From positions 48,075-112,074 of the forward strand of contig JAHLMP010000002.1 of assembly GCA_018920315.1 (NCBI GenBank): a stretch of 64,000 nucleotides of DNA, read 5' to 3'. Positions 56,361-64,000 of this stretch are shown here, piece after piece (the first letter of the stretch is position 1; each line of letters opens with the position of its first letter). The DNA is from Candidatus Aenigmatarchaeota archaeon. GTDB taxonomy: Archaea; Aenigmatarchaeota; Aenigmatarchaeia; GW2011-AR5; JAHLMP01. The position numbers were made by a program, and so were the translations under genes. Under the pieces are notes generated by a model, which was not told where the DNA came from, searched no databases, and worked only from the letters and a program-made list of their open reading frames with translations.

Positions 56361-59300
56361 TTATTTTAAATACTCTTCTATAATTTTCTTTTCTTCATCT
56401 GTAATTCCATAAAGTTTGTATACCAATTCATCAATTTCCTTCTCGAGTTGCTTTATTTTATTTCTTATTTCTTCTTGATCAGTCATGCCTTTTTTTGAAA
56501 TCTCCTTTAAAACCTCCTCTGACTTTGGAACAGAAATATTGAGAATAAATTTCTTAATATCTTTAATTCTAGCAAGTTTTTCTTTATTATTATTTAGATA
56601 TATTATGACAAAATCTCTTACTAACCTATCTTTGATCTCTATAAAATCTTGCGAGCTTATGAAGATTCTATCATTTTCTACTTTAATTTTTTCAAATTTT
56701 GCATCGTCTTTTATGTTAAATGTAACTTTTGGCAAATTATAAAGTTTTTCTGTTTCTTCACCTTCTAAAATTGCATCTATATCGACAATTCCTTTTTTAT
56801 GTAACTCGAGAATTTCATCCACTTTCTTAATAATTTGTTCAGAAATTTTCTTCTCTTCCGGTGTTTCCGGAAGTTTGATGGGAAGTTTGTTTAAATGTTG
56901 TTTCGTATATCTATATCCAGATTTTCCTAAATAAACACTAATATGTTTAAAGAAAAACTCTAAAACTTTTGAATTTAATAAACCAAGTATGTATTTCGTT
57001 TTAATATAGTCTTTATTTATTTTAATAAAATATGCTGTATTCTTAATAAAGAAATTCCCATCGTCGTAAGCAAAATTATTGTTCATTGATATATCCGGTG
57101 TTATTATTTTTTCAGAACTTAGAGAATTATAATAGTTGCAAGGCCTTAGTTCATACCATTTTTTATTGGTATTCTTTATATCCGATCGACCTTCTAATTT
57201 TTCTTTAAACTGTTCTAAGTATAACTTAACATTTGGAAATTCAACCAAGTTTATGTTTTCAGTAAAAATTAAGTATGTATTTTTGTACAAAATTTTATAT
57301 CTTCTTATGTCTTTGCCATCTAAAATTGGTTTTAATAAACTTTTTTCTAGTTTCAATTTGTTTACATCGTCTAATTTCAAAATAAAAACATCATCCTTCC
57401 CGGTCTTCACACCGCAATTTATTTCAGATATTTCATTCAATTTGATTGTAGAGTTTGTGTCAATTTTATTCAAAAGCTGTAATTCTTTTCTATCTAAGAA
57501 TTTCCATTCATTACTTATTTTTCTTCTATTTTCTTGTTTTATATTTCTAATTAATGAACTTTGATCAACAGTAAAAGATTTGATATACTCATCTTGATAA
57601 TCTTTCGTTCCATTCTTAAAAATATGCCAAATAAGTTTGCTTAATTTCTTTTCCCACGACTCTTCTTCAAAATCTTTTTTAACTTTTATAACCCTTATTT
57701 CGTTGGATTTTTCTTTATCCAGTATTAGAATACACGGGTCTACAGTAACGTTAGCAAAAACTTTTGAACCGCGTAAGTCGATAAACTTAGAGATATGAGT
57801 ATTCTCAACAATAAATGCTCTTATGTATTTTCCATATCTTGTTTTTGTAAATTTGCTTGAAACAATAACCCCGAATTTTCCGGTATCTTTTAGCCATTTA
57901 ATACTGGCGTAAAGAAAATATACATAATAATCATTATCACCGTGGTAAATTTCCGGATAATTTTTTGAAAGTTTTTCTTTCTCTAATTTGGGTATTCTTT
58001 CTTTTCTTACATATGGCGGATTCTCTACGACAAAATCAAACTTCTTGTTCTTAATTGCGTCTATCTCTTCCTGCTCTTCAAGGAATGTTTTATGTGTCCA
58101 GTCAAAGAGTTGTTTTTGTGTCGGCTTCTCTAAGGAGTCGGTTCTATAAATTTTAAATCTTTTTAGTTTATAATCAGGGTACTTTTCTCTAACTCTTTGA
58201 TATAAATCAATAACTTGGAAAAGCATGTTCATCTCTGCTATATGACAAGCAAACGGGTTTATATCAAAACCATAGATGTGTTCCTGTACCGCTTCGAGAA
58301 TTATCTTTGCTTCATCTGGCGATAATCTATTAACAAGTTCTTTCCAATTTTTAGGATCTCTTAGCTCTTTTTTATCAGCTTTTCCGAATTTCATTAGAAA
58401 TCTACTAATTAACCTTCTGGTAGCTCTTACCAAAAATCCACCAGAACCACAAGCTGGATCTAACAAATCTTTATTTTCTATTTCATTATTGTATGTGTAA
58501 CCTACTGATGTCAAGATGTAATCGATAACCTCGACCGGTGTGTAAAATTCTCCTAATCTTTTTCTTTCATTACTTGGCAAGTATTTTTCATAAAGGTTTC
58601 CTAAAATGTCTCTATCTACATGAGTAAAATCAAACTGGTTTAGTATCCACAAAACTCTGTTCAAAATCTCATTTAATTCCCCATCTCCGGTTCTGAACCA
58701 ATCCAAGATACCAGTTTCATAGAAATGTGAATATAATCCACTTGCGCTTTTGAAGGCTAATTCCAAAATTTCTTTGTTGATAACATCTTCAGAAAATCTC
58801 TTTTTAAGAAATTCTCTTAATTGTTCTATACCTCCATTAGATATATTCTTTTCCAAGAATCCCTTATCTTCACAAATTCTCAAGAACAAAAGTTTGTTTA
58901 GAAAAACATAGATAGTCTCTTTACAAAATATTTCTTTAACATTATCATCTGGTACGTCCTCTTTTCCAGAATATTGCTTCCAGAGATAGAAGCCAGAGAA
59001 TGGTATATATTTTTTGTATTTTTCTTCCAGTTTTTGTTTGTATCTAGCTATGTTATGATTCAATTCTCTATTATTGGTTTCTGACCCCTTCTCGACTATT
59101 TCTAACTCTTTTTTATAGCTTGTATAGCCTTCTTTGTATTCACCGAATGCTCTAAGAGTATATCCTAGAAGTAATACATTAGCAATAAAATTTAATCGAT
59201 CCAATAATTTTCTAAATCCACATTCCTTTGTTATGTCTATTCTAGCATATGTTTCATTAAATTTCTGGTACTTTCTTGTATCAAATATAGTCTCTTTTGA

Positions 59301-59765
59301 TAAATTGTTCAAAAATAAAATTTGTGATTTTTCTTCACCTGAGAAGTCTTCTACAGATTTTTTTTGTTCTATTATTTTTGAAAAATCTAAATTTATTCTA
59401 AGTTTAGCCTCACCTTTTTGAATTTCCCATAGTTTAAATCTGAGAAAATTTGTTAATCCTATATATCGGGTTGTCTCTTCTTCATATTTAAAAGCCTGCT
59501 CTTCATGATCTTTTCTATCAATATCTTCCTTTGGTTTTTTTGTTTCGATTTTAATAACTGCAAAATCGTTCTCATCGACAATTGTCAAATCTGCTCTATT
59601 CTTTTCCCATTTAATGTATTTTGGTTCGTATCCAAGCGTTTCTTCCAAAAAATATTTTACAAATCTATATCTTATATCGTATTCAGAAGAACCCTTTTCT
59701 ATTTCTTTAATTATTTTTTTAAATGCTTCCAAGACTTTTTCAACAAAATTCAAACTATCTTTCAT
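56361..59765 (-). CDS. type IIG restriction-modification enzyme (Eco57I/MmeI-like: N-terminal PD-(D/E)xK nuclease + gamma-class N6-adenine methyltransferase + C-terminal specificity domain)
   Basis: N-terminal ADLTIVDENDFAVIKIETKK (D...ExK). Motif I DPACGSGGFLV, motif IV VVENPPYVRKE. 1134 aa. Confidence 0.8.
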   Translation of the reverse strand: MKDSLNFVEKVLEAFKKIIKEIEKGSSEYDIRYRFVKYFLEETLGYEPKYIKWEKNRADLTIVDENDFAVIKIETKKPKEDIDRKDHEEQAFKYEEETTRYIGLTNFLRFKLWEIQKGEAKLRINLDFSKIIEQKKSVEDFSGEEKSQILFLNNLSKETIFDTRKYQKFNETYARIDITKECGFRKLLDRLNFIANVLLLGYTLRAFGEYKEGYTSYKKELEIVEKGSETNNRELNHNIARYKQKLEEKYKKYIPFSGFYLWKQYSGKEDVPDDNVKEIFCKETIYVFLNKLLFLRICEDKGFLEKNISNGGIEQLREFLKKRFSEDVINKEILELAFKSASGLYSHFYETGILDWFRTGDGELNEILNRVLWILNQFDFTHVDRDILGNLYEKYLPSNERKRLGEFYTPVEVIDYILTSVGYTYNNEIENKDLLDPACGSGGFLVRATRRLISRFLMKFGKADKKELRDPKNWKELVNRLSPDEAKIILEAVQEHIYGFDINPFACHIAEMNMLFQVIDLYQRVREKYPDYKLKRFKIYRTDSLEKPTQKQLFDWTHKTFLEEQEEIDAIKNKKFDFVVENPPYVRKERIPKLEKEKLSKNYPEIYHGDNDYYVYFLYASIKWLKDTGKFGVIVSSKFTKTRYGKYIRAFIVENTHISKFIDLRGSKVFANVTVDPCILILDKEKSNEIRVIKVKKDFEEESWEKKLSKLIWHIFKNGTKDYQDEYIKSFTVDQSSLIRNIKQENRRKISNEWKFLDRKELQLLNKIDTNSTIKLNEISEINCGVKTGKDDVFILKLDDVNKLKLEKSLLKPILDGKDIRRYKILYKNTYLIFTENINLVEFPNVKLYLEQFKEKLEGRSDIKNTNKKWYELRPCNYYNSLSSEKIITPDISMNNNFAYDDGNFFIKNTAYFIKINKDYIKTKYILGLLNSKVLEFFFKHISVYLGKSGYRYTKQHLNKLPIKLPETPEEKKISEQIIKKVDEILELHKKGIVDIDAILEGEETEKLYNLPKVTFNIKDDAKFEKIKVENDRIFISSQDFIEIKDRLVRDFVIIYLNNNKEKLARIKDIKKFILNISVPKSEEVLKEISKKGMTDQEEIRNKIKQLEKEIDELVYKLYGITDEEKKIIEEYLK

Positions 59766-60006
59766 GTTAAAACCTTTCTTTTTTAGTAGTTTAAATTTTT
59801 ATTTATATTATGGAATTCTTAGGAATGCATAGTTCCGACTTCTATTTCTAATGTCTCTATTATTAGTTCTCATTATATTTCAATATATAGTTTTTAAGTT
59901 AGATAAAAATTTCACGAATTAGATTTTATCTATGAAAATATTTAAAAATACTTATAGTACGAATAATAAAAATAGTCAACAATAATGATATTTTTGTATA
60001 TTTTTT

Positions 60007-60172
60007 GGGTCTGTGGTGTAGCTTGGTTTAGCATCGGACCTTCGGGACGAAAATGATTTGCGAAAAAGGTCCTGACCCCGGTTCAAAGCAAATTTAGCGA
60101 GAAACGATAATATAAGGAAATGACAGAATAATAGTGAAAAATTTAAATCTTGTGAAAATCCGGGCAGACCCA
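60007..60172 (+). tRNA. tRNA-Pro (anticodon CGG) with about 20-nt anticodon-loop intron and about 70-nt T-loop insertion (166 nt gene)
   Basis: Acceptor GGGTCTG/CAGACCC is perfect, with A73. Anticodon stem GGACC/GGTCC encloses 27 nt starting TTCGGG. T-stem CCCGG...CCGGG with TTCAAA...AT split by about 70 nt. Confidence 0.7.
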
Positions 60173-60274
60173 TTCGAAAAGGATGAAACAAATCCAATCA
60201 AAGAAGATTTGAAAAAATTAAAATAAAAATTATATACTTGACAAAACTGTGGAATGATTTTAAAGTTGGCAAAG

Positions 60275-61699
60275 CTACATTTTCTCAAGATCTTTCAAAT
60301 CGAAAAGCAAAACATCTTGCTCTTTGAATTTTTCTTTAAAACTTTTTGCAAATATAGCATAGGTTTGTGTTTTGCTCGGCCATTTAACAAGCGAAGCCTT
60401 TTCTTTTAGTTCTTTTAAGATTTTTCTTGCATCAACTCGTTCTTGCCATTTACATTCTGCAAAAAGAATATCTCGTGTTTTCTCGTTTAAAGCAACGATA
60501 TCTATCTCTTTATCTTTGTGCCACCATTTTCCAATTTTTGTTAATTTAAAAGGTCTTTTTTCAATTAGAAATTCTTTACATACATCTTCAAAAACTTTTC
60601 CAATATAAGAGTTAAACTCTTGAATGATCGAATCAAAAACCTCTTTTTGTAAACCTTGCTCTATCATAGATCTATTTTTAAATATGAACTTAAACCAAAA
60701 TTTATAGAAGTTATCCTTAATTTTATATCTCGTTATTTTTGTTTTTAATTTTTTTTCTGTTATAGGAATCTCTTTTTCGATAAGTCCAACTCTTTCTAAA
60801 GTCATTAAATATTTTGGTAGCTTATGACTTTGTATTTTGCTAACTTCGGCTATTTCAGCGAATTTTACATAGCCATCGGTTATAGCTGAAAGAATGGAAG
60901 TATACGGAGCTGGGGTTCTAAACTCTTCGAATAAAAGATTAAGAGGCTCGTTATATAAAAATGAAGTTTTGTCCAATATCTTTTTTTTAATATTTTCTTC
61001 TATACTTAGTTTTGGATCGAATTCTTCTAAGTATCGAGGAATGCCGCCCAGTATTGAGTAAACTTTGATGAGTTGCTCTATTGTATAGTTAGGAAAGAAA
61101 TCTTTGATAAATTTAAATTTTAGAGGTAAAACATGCATTTCTGCACTCTTTCTACCATAAAGGGCAGAACCATAACCCATTGCAATTTTATATATAGTGG
61201 AGATTATCGAGCTGCAAAGGATTAGCTTTTTATCAGTTTCTTTTATCTTTTCCCACCATCTCTGCGCAATTGTAGGCCATGCTTTATTAAGTTGATAAAG
61301 GTATTGGAATTCATCTATTATAATAATTTTATATTTACTTCTATAGACAAATTCAAAAAAGTCATCCCACGTATTAAATTTTACAAACTCATCTTTGATT
61401 TGTTTTGAGAGAATATCGAGTATGTTTTCTGACATATCTGCTAGCAAATAAAGAGCTTTTGTCTTTTTTGCAAATTCGATTAAAAGTCTGCTTTTTCCAA
61501 CTCTTCGTCTTCCATAAACCAAAACAAGCTCTGCCTTTTTAGATTTCGCTAACTCTAAGAGTTTTCCAAGCTCTTCTTTTCTATCGACAAACATTATCAT
61601 AATAATCATTATTACGTTATTGTTTTTTAAAACTTTTCTTATATTAAGTTTTGCTATGTGAATTTCTGCTAGATAAGAAAATTTAAGACAAATAATCAA
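60275..61699 (-). CDS. archaeal ATPase (PF01637 Arch_ATPase + DUF234 C-terminal domain)
   Basis: Walker A VYGRRRVGKSRLL, Walker B IIIDEFQYL, and a C-terminal winged-helix-like DUF234 region. Confidence 0.7.
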   Translation of the reverse strand: MIICLKFSYLAEIHIAKLNIRKVLKNNNVIMIIMIMFVDRKEELGKLLELAKSKKAELVLVYGRRRVGKSRLLIEFAKKTKALYLLADMSENILDILSKQIKDEFVKFNTWDDFFEFVYRSKYKIIIIDEFQYLYQLNKAWPTIAQRWWEKIKETDKKLILCSSIISTIYKIAMGYGSALYGRKSAEMHVLPLKFKFIKDFFPNYTIEQLIKVYSILGGIPRYLEEFDPKLSIEENIKKKILDKTSFLYNEPLNLLFEEFRTPAPYTSILSAITDGYVKFAEIAEVSKIQSHKLPKYLMTLERVGLIEKEIPITEKKLKTKITRYKIKDNFYKFWFKFIFKNRSMIEQGLQKEVFDSIIQEFNSYIGKVFEDVCKEFLIEKRPFKLTKIGKWWHKDKEIDIVALNEKTRDILFAECKWQERVDARKILKELKEKASLVKWPSKTQTYAIFAKSFKEKFKEQDVLLFDLKDLEKM

Positions 61700-61921
61700 A
61701 GATACGTCGGCTTAACTCCTAAATATTAATATGCTTCAACCCCTAAATATTAATCTGGCTTTATTAATCTGGCTTTGCCATCTTCTCGAATATTCGGTAA
61801 CATAGTTAATAGAACTATCTTGGATTCGACTTCATAAAATTCTGATCATTTTCCAATGAGATTCAATGCTATGCCATAAAAATTTAAGTAGAGATTTTGA
61901 AAAAATAAAAAAGCGTATCTA

Positions 61922-62113
61922 ATGCATGAACTTGGCCATGCGCTAGGTGTAAACAAGAAAAACATTTTTGGAAAAGAGGATTATAATTATTTCCCCAAGT
62001 GGTGTGTCATGAATGAGCCACGAGAAGAAAATACATTAAGATCCGAGATAGGATATAGTCCAAAAGCCTGGGAGATGATGTATCTAAGGTATTATGCAAT
62101 TCCACATTCATAG
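61922..62113 (+). pseudogene. fragment of a zinc metalloprotease gene (HExxH)
   Basis: 63-aa ORF beginning MHELGHALG with no upstream coding continuation. Lies in an island with foreign-looking neighbours. Confidence 0.3.
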
Positions 62114-62517
62114 ATATGAATATCTTCAATAACATCACTCTTTAGACGAATTCTTATCGTGGTTAGAGGTTTCATTACAAATGTCAGCGATTTCATATCG
62201 CTTTTGTATTTAGCCACAAGCGTATAACTTTTACCAACGATAACTTCAAAGTTTGCACCATAATCAGGATCTGTGAGCCTCGTCCAACTTTGATTGGTTT
62301 CCAAATCTATCAATGTTACCTCAACCTCCCTAAAATTTTCAGGAGAACCTTCCCAAGAAGTGACACTAAGCGTTTGTTTTTCTCCTTCTTTTGGAATATA
62401 CGGTCCCATTGTTTCAATTTCATCCTTTTGAAACATTGTTGACAACCAAAAACAACCAGCAAGCCCGAGAATGGTGATGAGAATCCCAAGAACAAGGACT
62501 TTTCTATAAATCTTCAT
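62092..62517 (-). CDS. secreted/lipobox protein of unknown function
   Basis: Signal peptide ending LAGC (bacterial-type lipobox). Noticeably higher GC and different codon choice than the neighbouring genes. Confidence 0.45.
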   Translation of the reverse strand: MKIYRKVLVLGILITILGLAGCFWLSTMFQKDEIETMGPYIPKEGEKQTLSVTSWEGSPENFREVEVTLIDLETNQSWTRLTDPDYGANFEVIVGKSYTLVAKYKSDMKSLTFVMKPLTTIRIRLKSDVIEDIHIYECGIA

Positions 62518-62768
62518 GGAACTTCCACCCCTTTACCTTTTACAATTATTTTTACCCCAAAATTTAAATATAACATCTCCTGAGAGAAATGTCAAGAGCC
62601 AGCTCTGAGGTAAAGGATTGCTATCCAACTTCGGAGCGTCAAGCTACTATTCCTAAAGAAGCTTTTCATTCTTTATTCAATATAGAGATGAATCTATGAA
62701 AAAACAAAATTGCTTTGTAGGAGATCGGGCATTATCGGAATTGTAAATAATTTAATTTTATCGATGGT

Positions 62769-63578
62769 TTATCCCCTGGCCTCAAGATACATAGCCAAAT
62801 CGCTTTCTGATTCTGGCACAAAAGCTTTGCAATAACGAGAGGCTAGCTCTTTGAACTCATCTGATGCTAGAAATGGAACAATGAAATTACCTTCTGGAAG
62901 CATTTCTCCAATTTCTAAATCAAATTCACAATCTCCTAGATAGATAATATCGTTTTCTCTCAATCCAAGCTCATTAAAAAATTTTTGTATAAACAAATCT
63001 CTTTTTCTTTTTCTCGAAGCTTCATCTACATTTGTTACTATTCCACAATATTCTCGAATCTTTGTTCCTATAATTTCATCAAAAGCGCTTATGTAATTGC
63101 TTAGTTCCAAAATTCTTTCAATGCATTTTTGGTAAGATCCAGAAATTATAAAAGTTCCTTTTCCTTGTGAATGAGCATTTCTAATAGGATTGAGAACTCT
63201 TCTATCTATTCTATCTTTATTTCTTTTTGAATAATTTTCAATTACTCTATCTACAAATTCTTCTGTTCTTCCGATCAATATATTACTATTAAAAATTTTG
63301 TATATCTCGTTTCCAATCTCTTTCATTCTCTTGATCTTTTCATTCGTTTCAATATCTTTTCTTGCTCTAGTTTTGTTATATTCCTTGTATTTTTTCATTA
63401 TTTTTCGTCTACTATTTATAACTTTTATAAAGGTTTCGAAAGATTCTTTAGTATGGGCTATTACACTTTTGGCAGAAGATCTCAACAGTTCATAAGCAAA
63501 CTCTTTATGAATTTCTTCATCTGTAGCATCATAAAAAAGTGTACCATTCCAATCAGAGACAATTGTTTTGTAGTTCAT
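62769..63578 (-). CDS. HAD-superfamily-like hydrolase with atypical motif I
   Basis: IVSDWNGTL (DxN in place of DxD) and a C-terminal YLGDCEFD (GDxxxD motif IV-like). Confidence 0.45.
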   Translation of the reverse strand: MNYKTIVSDWNGTLFYDATDEEIHKEFAYELLRSSAKSVIAHTKESFETFIKVINSRRKIMKKYKEYNKTRARKDIETNEKIKRMKEIGNEIYKIFNSNILIGRTEEFVDRVIENYSKRNKDRIDRRVLNPIRNAHSQGKGTFIISGSYQKCIERILELSNYISAFDEIIGTKIREYCGIVTNVDEASRKRKRDLFIQKFFNELGLRENDIIYLGDCEFDLEIGEMLPEGNFIVPFLASDEFKELASRYCKAFVPESESDLAMYLEARG

Positions 63579-63668
63579 AATTATTTTATAGTGGTAAAAA
63601 ATTAAATTTAATGTTATAGTGGTAAAATTTAATGCATCGCTTTAATTTATCGCAACAAAATTAGAAAT

Positions 63669-64000
63669 ATGTCAATATTTATAACAGGGCTTCCTGGTTG
63701 TGGAAAGTCCACATTAATTCAAAAAATAGCGGAAAGATTAAATTCTGAAGGAGTAAGAGTTTCAGGATTTGTAACACCAGAATTTAGAAAAGATAACAAA
63801 AGAGTAGGATTTAGAATTATTAACCTTGCTACTAATGAAGAAGGTGTATTTGCATCTGTAAAAGAGATGAAAGAAAGCAAAAGGTTTGGAAAATATTTTG
63901 TAAATATAAAGGAATTTGAAGAGATCGGTTTAAAAGGAATTGAAAATGGAGAAGTTATTATCATAGATGAAATTGGAAAAATGGAACTGCTTTCTGAAAA
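63669..64000 (+). CDS. nucleoside-triphosphatase THEP1-family (partial, runs off window end)
   Basis: MSIFITGLPGCGKSTLIQKIAERLNSEGVRVSGFVTPEFRKDNKRVGFRIINL matches the archaeal NTPase family. Not in the ORF track because no stop occurs within the window. Confidence 0.7.
   Translation, partial: MSIFITGLPGCGKSTLIQKIAERLNSEGVRVSGFVTPEFRKDNKRVGFRIINLATNEEGVFASVKEMKESKRFGKYFVNIKEFEEIGLKGIENGEVIIIDEIGKMELLSE

Noticed and set aside
59976-60288. Two small minus-strand ORFs (59976-60197, 60094-60288)
   Set aside because: They overlap the tRNA-Pro gene and its introns. There are no motifs and they are hydrophobic low-complexity. They are treated as non-coding.
63719-63964. 81-aa minus-strand ORF from the ORF track
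   Set aside because: It lies antisense inside a well-supported plus-strand THEP1 NTPase gene (63669 onwards) that the ORF track missed only because the gene runs off the window. It is a low-complexity translation and is spurious.
1-64000. CRISPR arrays, rRNA genes, transposases/integrases
   Set aside because: No regularly spaced 25-40 bp direct repeats with unique spacers were seen. There is no rRNA-like GC-rich block. No DDE, tyrosine-recombinase or serine-recombinase signatures were seen, including next to the tRNA-flanked islet.

Overview
This is a strongly AT-rich archaeal chromosomal segment with dense coding on both strands. I saw no rRNA and no CRISPR array. Most of it is core housekeeping, and several genes have archaea-specific or reduced architectures.

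Ribosome and translation: a short r-protein block L3-L4-(small Toprim protein)-L23-L2 that stops after L2, plus L15e, L44e, SecE, class II LysRS, deoxyhypusine synthase, and a DRG-family GTPase with degenerate G motifs. Spt5 carries an internal KOW-like insertion.

Replication and transcription: TFB, a single-polypeptide PriS-PriL(CTD) primase ending in a C2H2 zinc finger, a GINS(Gins15)-like gene, type IA topoisomerase, and an archaeal histone.

Archaeal lipid and isoprenoid genes: G1P dehydrogenase, GGGP synthase, a UbiA-family DGGGP synthase, cis-prenyltransferase, a PMK-like GHMP kinase and an MVD-family decarboxylase.

Other recognisable functions:
- Thiol redox: thioredoxin, TrxB, a thioredoxin-CcdA fusion, an ArsR / thioredoxin-like / permease trio, and desulfoferrodoxin.
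- DNA repair: MGMT-EndoV fusion, Nre-like protein, pyrimidine-dimer glycosylase-like protein, an orphan N6/N4 methyltransferase.
- Cell surface: an AglB oligosaccharyltransferase split into two in-frame ORFs, and a prepilin peptidase.

Three tRNA genes (Tyr-GTA, Thr-GGT, Pro-CGG) carry non-canonical T-loop insertions in addition to anticodon-loop or D-loop insertions.

The 3' part of the window looks accessory. A roughly 3.4 kb type IIG restriction-modification gene sits exactly between tRNA-Thr and tRNA-Pro. It is followed by an archaeal DUF234-type ATPase, a metalloprotease gene fragment and a lipobox-bearing secreted protein with foreign-looking codon usage.

Taken together, these features (fused primase, split AglB, intron-rich tRNAs, fragmented r-protein operon, MGMT-EndoV fusion) point to a small-genome DPANN-like or Thermoplasmata-related archaeon. 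That placement is inference from gene content only; every call is read from motifs by eye with no database search.
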